From an uncultured delta proteobacterium (lineage in GTDB: Bacteria; Desulfobacterota; Deferrimicrobia; Deferrimicrobiales; Deferrimicrobiaceae), in contig CAVYRM010000001.1 in assembly GCA_963770975.1 (NCBI GenBank), forward strand, positions 193,435 through 257,434: a stretch of DNA of 64,000 nucleotides, written 5' to 3'. The translations under genes were made by a program, and so were the position numbers. The notes under the pieces are model-generated. The model did not search any database and was not told where the DNA came from. It saw only the letters and a list, made by a program, of their open reading frames with translations. Positions 36,177-44,592 of the stretch are shown piece after piece. Position 1 is the first letter of the stretch. Each line of letters starts with the position of its first letter.

Positions 36177-38366
36177 TCAGCCGGCCGTCCTTACCACGAC
36201 CTGGTTCTTCCCGTTCTTCTTGGCCGTGTAGGAGGCCTCGTCCGCATAAGAAACGATCTGGTCCTCGGAGATATTTCCGCAATCGGAACTGAATATCCCA
36301 ATGCTTACGGTAAGGCACACAGGTAATATCGAGCTTTGGATGAAATTATGGGCCGAGATTTCGGTTTTGATTCTCTCGGCGACCATCAGCGCTCCGGATG
36401 GCGTCGATTCGGGAAGGATGACGGAGAACTCTTCCCCGCCGTATCGGGCGATAATGTCGGTGGCACGTGCGCATTTTCTCAATACGATCGCAATGTCCCG
36501 CAAGGCGGAGTCCCCTGCCGGATGTCCGAAGCGATCATTGAACTGCTTGAAGTCGTCCACGTCGATCATGAGCAGGGAAAGGGTATGTCGATATCTTCGG
36601 GCCCTCTCCAGTTCCCTCCGCAACCTTTGGTAAAATTCTTTGTGGTTAAATAGTCCAGTTAATCCATCTGTTACAGCCATTATCTTCATGTTGTCGTATA
36701 AGGAAACGACCTCGAGCGCAAGGCTGGCTTCCGAGGCCAGGTTCGTGAGAGAAACGGCATTTTCCCGGGTAATCGCCTTTCCGTCCGGGTCCGAACGGAC
36801 GACGACGATCGCTGCGGGAGGAAACACTTCACAACTCAAGCAATTGAGGACGGATTCTCTAAAGGTCTCGGGGTCGGCATCGGCCGTAAACTTCTCTTTC
36901 GGCACATATCGGACCCAGCATTTCATGTTCTCGGAGAAGAAATTCGGACAGGACTGATCGCCGCAATGCTTCGTCTCGGCGCAGCGGACCTTAATGTTTT
37001 TCATTAACGGAAGCAATAAAACCGGCAAATATCCGATGATAATCTCTTCTTCCTTGATATGAGGTATATCCGTGGGAGACTCGTGAAGACAATTGCTGCC
37101 GGACCAGAATGTCCTGGCCAGGAGGGATTGCGGATTCCAGAGGGGAACTTTCAGGGAGACCCCCGATAAGGGATCCGGCTCGCCATGGAACTGCAGATAA
37201 CCGCCCTCCCCTATCGTCCCGATCAGGGCGTCATGAAATCCGTAGGAGTCCACGATTCCCGATAGGTAGACCTGAAACACCTCGGAAGATTGCCTGCATT
37301 GGAGCATCTTTTTGGTGATCCGGTGATGGGCCACCAACTGTTTTTGAGATTCCGACAGATCCCGTATCCGCCTCTCGAGATCGTCGGAGAAAACTTTCTT
37401 CTCCTCTTCCGCGGTGTTCCGCGAGCGGGCCAGCAGGCTTTGGACGGCGCCGACGACGTACCCCGGATCCGGATTATCAGGCAGCAGTTCGCCCTGGGAA
37501 GCGAGAACTTTCGATACCTCCGCGACCGCGCTGGCGGACGGCTTCAGGTAGCGCTGGCGGATGTAAACGATTGCGAAGGCATTCAGAAGGAAGAAGGAGA
37601 AGAGCACCGCCTGGGGAAGAATGGGAAGGCGGGTTCCCGCGTCCGGAACGGCGATTTCCACGGACCAATCCCGGGAGAGCGCCCGGGATAACAACGGGTA
37701 TGTTCCCATCGGCCGAATCGGGGACCCGTTCTTGTCGGTGATCCCTTTGCCCGATCCGAATACCGATGCTCCCTCGAAATCGACGATCCTGGAGAAGACC
37801 CCCCGCACCTCGAGGTCGCGCAAGTCCCCGTGGATATCCGCGGCGGATACGTCCCCGGAAACGAACCTCCCCTTCCCCGGCGGGGTAGTGGTGTGGAACG
37901 CAAGCCGAAGTACCGAACCGCGAACCGCAGGGTCTGCGGAGACGCCGAGGTAAACGGGGAGCCACTCCCCCGTTCCGGAGTGGAGCCGTTGGAAATTCCA
38001 TCTTGACGGCAATTCATCGGTAACAGTTACTTTTCCGATCGCTCCCGGAAACGGGAGCGATTCCGCCCTTTCCCCCCCGTTCTCGACGGCGGCGGTGAAT
38101 AACAGGATTTTCCCCCAGAGGTGGGTATCGATTTTCGAGGAGACGATCCTTGCTTCGGAAGCCACCAGGTCCCGCATGAGGTCTGCACGCATCCACCCAA
38201 GCAGCAAGGCTGCGACGATGAAATTCACGATGAGAACCGCGACCAGGAAAAGGTCGCCTGAGAGGAAACGCGGTTTTTTTCCCAGCAAGCTCCCCCCATC
38301 ACTGCAGCCGTATTCGCCTGACCGTAAACTTTTCGGAAAATATGCCGAAAAGTTTACGGTAAACAT
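36177..38366 (-). CDS. membrane sensor diguanylate cyclase (2 TM + periplasmic domain, GAF-like domain with Cys-rich insert, GGEEF)
   Basis: 729 aa. TM helices at aa ~38-58 and ~250-268. C-terminal GGDEF domain with an intact RYGGEEF and an RxxD-like I-site context. Cys-rich segment at aa 462-512. Start uncertain (see the hairpin finding). Confidence 0.8.
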   Translation of the reverse strand: MFTVNFSAYFPKSLRSGEYGCSDGGSLLGKKPRFLSGDLFLVAVLIVNFIVAALLLGWMRADLMRDLVASEARIVSSKIDTHLWGKILLFTAAVENGGERAESLPFPGAIGKVTVTDELPSRWNFQRLHSGTGEWLPVYLGVSADPAVRGSVLRLAFHTTTPPGKGRFVSGDVSAADIHGDLRDLEVRGVFSRIVDFEGASVFGSGKGITDKNGSPIRPMGTYPLLSRALSRDWSVEIAVPDAGTRLPILPQAVLFSFFLLNAFAIVYIRQRYLKPSASAVAEVSKVLASQGELLPDNPDPGYVVGAVQSLLARSRNTAEEEKKVFSDDLERRIRDLSESQKQLVAHHRITKKMLQCRQSSEVFQVYLSGIVDSYGFHDALIGTIGEGGYLQFHGEPDPLSGVSLKVPLWNPQSLLARTFWSGSNCLHESPTDIPHIKEEEIIIGYLPVLLLPLMKNIKVRCAETKHCGDQSCPNFFSENMKCWVRYVPKEKFTADADPETFRESVLNCLSCEVFPPAAIVVVRSDPDGKAITRENAVSLTNLASEASLALEVVSLYDNMKIMAVTDGLTGLFNHKEFYQRLRRELERARRYRHTLSLLMIDVDDFKQFNDRFGHPAGDSALRDIAIVLRKCARATDIIARYGGEEFSVILPESTPSGALMVAERIKTEISAHNFIQSSILPVCLTVSIGIFSSDCGNISEDQIVSYADEASYTAKKNGKNQVVVRTAG
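38321..38360. promoter_or_regulatory. perfect inverted repeat, 16-bp arms and 8-nt loop (ACCGTAAACTTTTCGG-AAAATATG-CCGAAAAGTTTACGGT)
   Basis: Verified base by base: arms at 38321-38336 and 38345-38360 are exact reverse complements. Sits between divergent genes and overlaps codons 3-15 of the annotated GGDEF ORF. Confidence 0.7.
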
Positions 38367-38402
38367 TGGAACGCCTGCGTGTTCCAGACCCCGGGAGGTC
38401 CG

Positions 38403-39005
38403 ATGACCTCGTCACGCCGCCGCCGCACCTATTGGATAGACATCCGGAGCCAGGGGCCGTTTCTGATCAAAGTCGGGTCGATCTGGGCCGGTGGTGTCCT
38501 CCTCCTTTGCCTGCTTCTATACTACCTCGCCGACGAGGAGTTGGGCCGCAGCTTTTACAGCATCCACCTCCGGTTGCGGAACACCTGGCAGGTCCTCCTT
38601 CCGGCGGTCCTGATCGCCGGTGGAGTCTCGTATCTCGTGACCATCGGTGCCACCCTCCTCCTCGCCATGCGGGAGTCGCATCGACTCGGAGGCCCCATCC
38701 ACAAGTTCCGTCTGCTCTTCCGGGAGCTGGACAAGGGGGTTCTCGACACGGGGTTCCGTTTCCGGAAGGGAGACCTCCTCTTCGACCTGGGCGAATCATA
38801 CCGCGAGGCGCTCGGCCACCACGCCGAGAGGATCTGCGCCCTCAGGGACCTTGGCGACCGCGCGGATCGACTCCTGGCCGAGTTCCGGCATTCCCTGGAA
38901 AAGGACGGCCTCTCCGCCGAATCGATGCGCCCGCTTGGAGAAACCGAGGAGGCCGTCGCAAGGCTCCGTAATGCACTTCGGGAATTCCGTGTCGGGCCGT
39001 CGTGA
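38403..39005 (+). CDS. 2-TM membrane protein with HAMP-like domain and no output domain
   Basis: ATG at 38403 lies 4 nt after GGGAGG. Two TM helices, then AMRESHRLGGPIHKFRLLFRELDKGVLDTGFRFRKGDLLFDLGESY resembling HAMP, then a helical tail. The stop overlaps the cytochrome GTG. Confidence 0.6.
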   Translation: MTSSRRRRTYWIDIRSQGPFLIKVGSIWAGGVLLLCLLLYYLADEELGRSFYSIHLRLRNTWQVLLPAVLIAGGVSYLVTIGATLLLAMRESHRLGGPIHKFRLLFRELDKGVLDTGFRFRKGDLLFDLGESYREALGHHAERICALRDLGDRADRLLAEFRHSLEKDGLSAESMRPLGETEEAVARLRNALREFRVGPS

Positions 39006-40549
39006 AACGGGGAATCGGGATCGTCGCCGCGATCATCGCGACGTATGTGCTCGCCTCCGCGGGACTGGCGTTGCATATCCGCTACTCCCCTTCCGCCGAT
39101 CCGCACGTGTCCCTCAGGGATCCTGCCCGATGTCCGACGTGCCACATGGAGGAGCGTCCGGAGCGTGGCCGGCCGTATCGGCTGATGAACTTCAGGAAGG
39201 ACATCTATACGCTCTGCACCGGCTGCCATGCCGCCCCGGTGACCCACCCGATCGACATCGCTCCCCGCCGAGGGATCGCCGGGAATCTCCCCCTCGACGC
39301 GGACGGCACGATGACGTGCGTCACCTGCCACGCTCCCCACGCGCCCGCGCTTTCCACGCGCCGGTACGTCGGGCGGACCCTTCCGGAGAAACTCATGGAT
39401 ACGGCTTTCCCTTTCCTGTCCGAAAGGAAAAGGACTGCCCTGTTGCGCGTTCCGAATACCGAGGGGGAGCTCTGTGAGATGTGCCACGCGGGGGAATCGC
39501 TCCACGCCGGCCCGAAGACGGGAAAACGTTCCCCCGCCGAGTACTCCGGCTCCCGTTCGTGCGGACGCTGCCACGTCGCGGAATATGCGGAGTGGAAACG
39601 TTCCCCCCATGCGCGAATGGTCCGATCGCCCGGAAAGAACGCCGGAGCGGTTCTGGCGAAGTTCGAGGGGAGCAGCCCCTTTCCGCCGTCGGAGATCGCA
39701 TACGTGCTCGGAAGCCGCACGGTGCAGCGATTCGTAAGCCGCAAGGGAAACACCCTCGTCGTCCGCACGCCCATCTGGATCGTCCGTTCAGGCACCTGGA
39801 ACCTCGACTACTGGCGGGAGCAGGACTGGTCGAAAAGCTGCGCCGGCTGCCATGTCACCGGGTACGACCCCGTCCTGCCGGCATTCGCCGAGGAAGGGAT
39901 CGGCTGCGAGGCGTGCCACGGGCCGGGACGCGCGCACGCTGCGACCGGGCGGCGGATCGATATCGTGCATCCGGGCAGGCTGCCCGCCGCCCGCAGGGCG
40001 ATGATCTGCGAGTCCTGCCATACCACCGGTCACGACAGCACGGGGGAGTACCGTTTCCCGGTGGGGTACCTGCCCGGCGAGAACCTGTCGAAATACTACT
40101 TCGGCATGGTCCCGAAACCCGGCCAGGACGATTCGACCTACAAGGGCGACGGCTCGATCGCCGATCGGCATTCCCAGTTCCGGTTCTGGGCATCCCGAAT
40201 GCTCATCGTCGAGGGAGAAACGTGCGACCTTTGCAAGAATTTCCGGAACGGCCCGGACGGGAAAGAGCCGAGACGCGAACCGAAAAAGATGTCCTCGTCC
40301 GATTTCTGCCGTTCGTGTCATGGCGGGAGCTCCCTCCTCCTTCCGAGGCATCACGGGGACACGGCCGTCACGCGCTCGAAAGGGTGCCTCTCGTGCCATC
40401 CGGTGCGCCGGACCCCCGGGGGCGCCCCGTCCGTCCACGACCATAAATACCTCCCCGACGGCGCGCTCGCGGAACCCGACGCTCCAGCCGCCTTCGATTC
40501 AAGCAGCCGATGCTTTGTCTGCCATCCCGCTCCCTCGAAAGGAGTCTGA
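39002..40549 (+). CDS. multihaem c-type cytochrome (11 CXXCH motifs plus one CXXCK)
   Basis: 515 aa with an N-terminal signal anchor. CXXCH motifs: CPTCH, CTGCH, CVTCH, CEMCH, CGRCH, CAGCH, CEACH, CESCH, CRSCH, CLSCH, CFVCH. Additionally CDLCK. Confidence 0.85.
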   Translation: MKRGIGIVAAIIATYVLASAGLALHIRYSPSADPHVSLRDPARCPTCHMEERPERGRPYRLMNFRKDIYTLCTGCHAAPVTHPIDIAPRRGIAGNLPLDADGTMTCVTCHAPHAPALSTRRYVGRTLPEKLMDTAFPFLSERKRTALLRVPNTEGELCEMCHAGESLHAGPKTGKRSPAEYSGSRSCGRCHVAEYAEWKRSPHARMVRSPGKNAGAVLAKFEGSSPFPPSEIAYVLGSRTVQRFVSRKGNTLVVRTPIWIVRSGTWNLDYWREQDWSKSCAGCHVTGYDPVLPAFAEEGIGCEACHGPGRAHAATGRRIDIVHPGRLPAARRAMICESCHTTGHDSTGEYRFPVGYLPGENLSKYYFGMVPKPGQDDSTYKGDGSIADRHSQFRFWASRMLIVEGETCDLCKNFRNGPDGKEPRREPKKMSSSDFCRSCHGGSSLLLPRHHGDTAVTRSKGCLSCHPVRRTPGGAPSVHDHKYLPDGALAEPDAPAAFDSSSRCFVCHPAPSKGV

Positions 40550-40553
40550 CGAC

Positions 40554-41078
40554 ATGATCCGCACGATCCGTCTCGCCGCGCTGCTGTTCGCGTTCCTGTC
40601 GATGGTTCCCGTCGCCTCTTCCGCCCTTTGCGTGGAGGTCGGCAAGCCGGTGCCCGATGTGACGCTCCCGACGATCGACGGCCGCAACACGCCGCTTTCC
40701 TCCTTCCGGGGGAAGATCGTGCTCATTGCGTTCTGGGCCTCGTGGTGCCCGCGTTGCGGCGAGGAACTGATGTTCCTCCAGGGCGTTTACAAGACGAGTC
40801 CCGACATCGTGGTCCTCGGCATCAACCAGGAAAGCCAGAACATCTCCCATGCCCATATCGAGCGCATAAAGACGACCTTGAAGGAATGGAAGATCGATTT
40901 CCCCGTGCTCGTCGACCGGAACCTCGATGCATGGAACGGCTTCTGCATCAACGCATTGCCGACCAGCATCATCCTCGACCGCAAGGGGAAGGTCCGGTTC
41001 GCGGAGGCGAACTACTACTGGGCGACCCAGGACAAGATCGCGGAAATCATCCGGGAGATCCGGCAGGAGAAGGATTGA
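40554..41078 (+). CDS. TlpA/ResA-like thiol:disulfide oxidoreductase (thioredoxin fold, WCPRC)
   Basis: ATG at 40554 follows AAAGGAG. Signal peptide, then FWASWCPRC active site. 174 aa. Confidence 0.85.
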   Translation: MIRTIRLAALLFAFLSMVPVASSALCVEVGKPVPDVTLPTIDGRNTPLSSFRGKIVLIAFWASWCPRCGEELMFLQGVYKTSPDIVVLGINQESQNISHAHIERIKTTLKEWKIDFPVLVDRNLDAWNGFCINALPTSIILDRKGKVRFAEANYYWATQDKIAEIIREIRQEKD

Positions 41079-41653
41079 TGGGCGGGTGGAAGGGATATCG
41101 AACCGCGGCGTCAATATCCCTCGCTCTCCTCCTTCTGGTCGGATCGACGCCTGTTCATGCCGTGCCGCAGGTGAAGAAGCTTCGCGCTCTCGTCCAGCGC
41201 GGTGAAAAGGCCCCCGCGTTCTCCCTCGAAGACGTGGACGGCAGGCCGGTGTCGTTCCGTCCGGGCCGCGGCAGGGCTGCCCTCGTGGTCTTCTGGTCGG
41301 TTTTCTGCCCGATGTGCAAGGAGATGATGCCCGGCATCAACCGGTTCTCCGAGCGGCACGGCGGAACGGTCCGGGTCGTTGCGGTCAACCTCGACGGCAA
41401 GCGGTTTTCCAACGCCGTCCGCGCATGGATGAAGGAGTCGACCCCGCGGTTCCCGGTCGGGTTGGACGAACTGCGGGACGATTTCTTCGTCGCTTCGGAT
41501 CCCTTCGGGGTGGAGAAGACGCCCACTGCGATCCTTGTCGACGAGGCCGGTCGGGTGCGGGGCGCATGGGCGGCGGAAGGGATCCGGGATTTCGAACGGG
41601 ACGCGGACCGGATCGTCGCCGATTTACAGAAGAGCGCGTCCGCGAAGCAGTAG
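41078..41653 (+). CDS. TlpA/ResA-like thiol:disulfide oxidoreductase, second copy (FCPMC)
   Basis: ATG at 41078 overlaps the preceding TGA. Signal peptide, then FWSVFCPMC. 191 aa. Confidence 0.85.
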   Translation: MGGWKGYRTAASISLALLLLVGSTPVHAVPQVKKLRALVQRGEKAPAFSLEDVDGRPVSFRPGRGRAALVVFWSVFCPMCKEMMPGINRFSERHGGTVRVVAVNLDGKRFSNAVRAWMKESTPRFPVGLDELRDDFFVASDPFGVEKTPTAILVDEAGRVRGAWAAEGIRDFERDADRIVADLQKSASAKQ

Positions 41654-42316
41654 CGTGGAAGCCGTCCTCATCCCCTTCCCGAGCCACTCCCGGTAAAACG
41701 AGGGGACTCCCGAGAAGCCGGAAGGGGTGCCCGGCGCGGCGAACAACGGCGCCCAGCACATCAGCACCAACAGGATCACCGCGAGGGAGAAGACCCGGCC
41801 GCTGCGGCGGACGTCCGGCTGGCCGTCGAGGAACCCTTCCGCGGAGAAACACAGGTGCATCGCGAAGAGGAAGGCGGCGATCCCGAGGTAGATCTTCCTT
41901 CCGTAGCCCCCCCCTGCCGTGGACAACGCGATCGGGAGAACCGCCACGACGTTGTAAAACGGCACGGCATAGGGGGCGAGGTCGATCGCGACGTTGGTCC
42001 GGTCGATCACGACCTTTCCGCCCGATCGCGACGTGATGTGGAAGCTGTGGACCTGCCGGAGGAAGAGCTTCGCCACGAGGAGGTGCGTGAACTCGTGCGC
42101 CCAGAGGTACATCCGCTCTGGTTTCCGCACCAGGAAATGCAGGCAAAGGTAGAGGGTCGCCCCGCCGAGAAGGATCAGCTGGTCGGTGGTCGAAAACCGC
42201 ATCGTCGCAGGGATCGAATAAAGAAGAACGCCGTCTGCAAACAGCAGGGGCAAACCGAGGATCGTGTAGAGGAAGACCCTCATTATCGAGGCCCAACGGG
42301 ACCAGTAGACACACAT
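41624..42316 (-). CDS. polytopic membrane protein with HExxH motif (putative membrane zincin peptidase, DUF3267-like)
   Basis: 230 aa with 5-6 predicted TM helices. HEFTHLL lies directly after a TM helix. Its 3' end overlaps the convergent redoxin gene by 30 nt. The start may be the Met at 42283. Confidence 0.5.
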   Translation of the reverse strand: MCVYWSRWASIMRVFLYTILGLPLLFADGVLLYSIPATMRFSTTDQLILLGGATLYLCLHFLVRKPERMYLWAHEFTHLLVAKLFLRQVHSFHITSRSGGKVVIDRTNVAIDLAPYAVPFYNVVAVLPIALSTAGGGYGRKIYLGIAAFLFAMHLCFSAEGFLDGQPDVRRSGRVFSLAVILLVLMCWAPLFAAPGTPSGFSGVPSFYREWLGKGMRTASTLLLRGRALL

Positions 42317-42385
42317 AAGTGCATGATATATTTAAGATATGCCACGGATATTTCCTTGTTTACATAAATATAACGTTATGTTATT

Positions 42386-42619
42386 ATGCACTCCATCGCG
42401 TTTTCCGCCTGGGAGGATCCATTGAACGTCGAGAGCATGCCCAGCATTCTCAAGACGCGCGATCTGGCCGTACTTCTGGACCTCAGCCCGGATTCCGTCA
42501 ACGACATGGCTCGCCGTGGACTCCTGAAGGGTTTCAAGAGCGGCAACCAGTGGCGGTTCAGGCGCAGGGACGTGGAGCGGTACATCGAGCGGGAGAGGAA
42601 GCTGGCGCCCCCGGGGTGA
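42386..42619 (+). CDS. excisionase-family (MerR-like) helix-turn-helix DNA-binding protein
   Basis: 77 aa. LKTRDLAVLLDLSPDSVNDMARRGLLKGFKSGNQWRFRRRDVERYIE matches the Xis/AlpA-type HTH pattern. The last 5 codons and the stop lie inside the tRNA-like repeat. Confidence 0.6.
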   Translation: MHSIAFSAWEDPLNVESMPSILKTRDLAVLLDLSPDSVNDMARRGLLKGFKSGNQWRFRRRDVERYIERERKLAPPG

Positions 42620-42650
42620 CTCGAACCCCCGGCCCAAGGTTTCAGGAACC
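42603..42650 (-). repeat. degenerate copy of the 3' half of the tRNA-Arg gene (acceptor 3' strand, T-arm, variable loop, anticodon-stem 3' strand); att-like repeat
   Basis: About 37 of the first 41 aligned positions are identical to 44911-44951, in the same orientation. There is no 5' half, so it is not a functional tRNA. Confidence 0.7.
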
Positions 42651-42994
42651 ATTGTCAGTCCCTTTCCGCTAATTTCCCGCAATCTCCCCTTACCCTCTTC
42701 AAACGCCCTATTACCGGCCTTTCCCGCCTCCTTCGACGTACTCCGATTTTCCGCGAATTTAGGCGCCATCATCGGGACGGATCCTCGCAACGGGAAACAC
42801 GAAAATTTTTTACATAGTGTACCGGAAAGACGGAAAGCAGATCGAGGAAAAGGCGGGACGCGTCGGGAAAGAACCGTCCTCATGGCCTCATATGGTATGT
42901 CGAGCAGACGAGGTACTGGGAAACGGACGGATGTAAACATCGATCCAAGAGGTGGACGGATTTCTGTAATGAACCCTTGGCGAGGGGATACAAA

Positions 42995-43714
42995 ATGAAA
43001 CGATCACTGTGTCTGCTGACTTTCGTGATGATTGTCCTGGTCCCCCCTGCCTATGCCGGGCTCATGGATGACCTGATCCAGGGGGCCGGGATGGGACAAA
43101 AACCAGGCCCCGGCAACGACCAAATCATCGCCGGACTGAAGGAAGCCCTTTCGATCGGAACCGGGAATGCCGTAACCGCGACCTCGAAGACCGACGGCTA
43201 CTTCGGCAACCAGGCCATCAAGATCCTCATGCCCGAAAAGATCCGGAAAGTTGCAGATGTCCTGGGGAAGGTGGGATATCAGAAAGAGGTGGACGATTTC
43301 GTGCTCAGCATGAACCGGGCGGCGGAGAAAGCCGCGCCTCAAGCCAAGGCGATCTTCATCGACGCCATTCACCGGATGACCATCGAGGACGCCCGGAAGA
43401 TCCTGGATGGCGGCGACACCGCCGCTACCGAGTATTTCAAGGCCCGAACATCCGGGAAATTGTACGAAGCCTTCCAGCCGATCGTGTCGTCCAGCATGAA
43501 CGAGGTCGGTACGACCCGTTCCTACAAGGAGATGATGGGCAAGTACAAGGCCCTGCCCTTTGGCGGCGCCGAGTCGTTGGACCTGGACCGGTACGTCACC
43601 AACAAAGGCCTGGACGGGCTCTTCTACCTGGTGGGGCAGGAGGAGATCAAGATCCGGAAAGACCCCGCCGCCAGGGCGACCGACCTGCTGAAAACCGTGT
43701 TCGGCGGGAAATAG
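42995..43714 (+). CDS. DUF4197-family secreted protein
   Basis: ATG at 42995 follows GAGGGGA. Signal peptide, then [17 protein letters not shown]...[15 protein letters not shown]...TEYF, typical of DUF4197. Confidence 0.7.
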   Translation: MKRSLCLLTFVMIVLVPPAYAGLMDDLIQGAGMGQKPGPGNDQIIAGLKEALSIGTGNAVTATSKTDGYFGNQAIKILMPEKIRKVADVLGKVGYQKEVDDFVLSMNRAAEKAAPQAKAIFIDAIHRMTIEDARKILDGGDTAATEYFKARTSGKLYEAFQPIVSSSMNEVGTTRSYKEMMGKYKALPFGGAESLDLDRYVTNKGLDGLFYLVGQEEIKIRKDPAARATDLLKTVFGGK

Positions 43715-43764
43715 CTCCCGGGGGGGAACTCCGGAACCTCCACCTCATCCAATTCGAAAGCACG

Positions 43765-44181
43765 ATGGAATTTGTCATGGGAAACCTGACAGACAGCCAC
43801 AGGGAGGATGAGGAAATGGCACGGGAAACGGAAAAGAAGGGCTTCACCAAGGCCGATGAAGTGCGGGAATTCCCCAATGGCAAAGTGGAGTTGATAACGA
43901 TCGGAGGAGCGACCATCGGCCGCGCCACGCTGGAACCGGGGTGGCGTTGGTCCAAGTCCGTCCAGCCGATCGCAAAAACAAAGAGCTGCGAAGCCCCCCA
44001 CTTCCAGTATCACGTGGCGGGAACCCTGAAAGTCGTGATGGATGACGGAACGGAACTCGTGTGCAAACCGGGCGACGTGTCACTCCTGCCGTCCGGACAT
44101 GACGCCTGGGTGGTCGGAAACGAGAACGTCGTGCTTGTCGACTTCCAGGGGATGGTGGATTACGCAAAGAAGGCCGCCTGA
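43765..44181 (+). CDS. cupin-domain protein
   Basis: 138-aa ORF. GATIGRATLEPGWRWS...HFQYHVAGTLKVVMDDG...GDVSLLPSGHDAWVVG follows the cupin_2 pattern. The start could be the Met at 43816. Confidence 0.65.
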   Translation: MEFVMGNLTDSHREDEEMARETEKKGFTKADEVREFPNGKVELITIGGATIGRATLEPGWRWSKSVQPIAKTKSCEAPHFQYHVAGTLKVVMDDGTELVCKPGDVSLLPSGHDAWVVGNENVVLVDFQGMVDYAKKAA

Positions 44182-44219
44182 CCGGGGCCAGCCGACCGCT
44201 GGAATTTGCGTGGAACAGC

Positions 44220-44260
44220 GGGAGGCGGGGGGCGCAACCCCGCCTCCTGTTTCAATTTAT
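44220..44260 (+). terminator. Rho-independent terminator after the cupin gene
   Basis: Perfect 10-bp stem GGAGGCGGGG / CCCCGCCTCC (44221-44230 and 44238-44247), 7-nt loop, followed by TGTTTCAATTTATT. Confidence 0.6.
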
Positions 44261-44592
44261 TGATTTGCACAAAGGTCGGATGGCAAGGGATGAGGAACTG
44301 TTCGTTGACATGAATATGAAATAAGCGTACTAAGGCATTATAAGGCTTGTTACGCGTCCACCAACCCGATCGACCTTTCGACATCCGCGACCTTACAGGC
44401 AGCCGTTAACCTTTCATCGCAAAGGTGGACTGGGGTGCCTCTCTCTTTTTACGGTACGGTTTCCTTCTCCCTTCATTCTTCCGATTTGTGTCAAATCCGC
44501 CCACCGTGACCGCCAACATAATCGTTCAATCTTTTTCCGTGCGGTAATTCCCGGGACGGATCAGGGAGAGATGAGAAAGGGGGGAATGGCGA

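Noticed and set aside
35336-36292. 318-aa plus-strand ORF (and 34671-35009, 112 aa) in the low-GC block
   Set aside because: It is antisense to the SAM-methyltransferase and I9-like genes, which have clear motifs. There are no recognisable motifs or Shine-Dalgarno on the plus strand.
42317-42385. AT-rich divergent region upstream of the Xis-like gene with short GATAT direct repeats and GCAT...ATGC ends
   Set aside because: The arms are only 4-5 bp, and in 70% AT sequence this is within chance expectation. It is likely just promoter DNA.
42332-42940. 202-aa minus-strand ORF spanning the Xis-like gene, the tRNA fragment and the integrase-like remnant
   Set aside because: It crosses three unrelated elements, has no domain signal, and is antisense to a good HTH ORF.
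44160-44384. 74-aa minus-strand ORF in the cupin-GYD intergenic region
   Set aside because: It runs through the strong plus-strand terminator hairpin and has no Shine-Dalgarno or motif. The 330-nt gap may hold a promoter or ncRNA, but I could not identify a specific structure.
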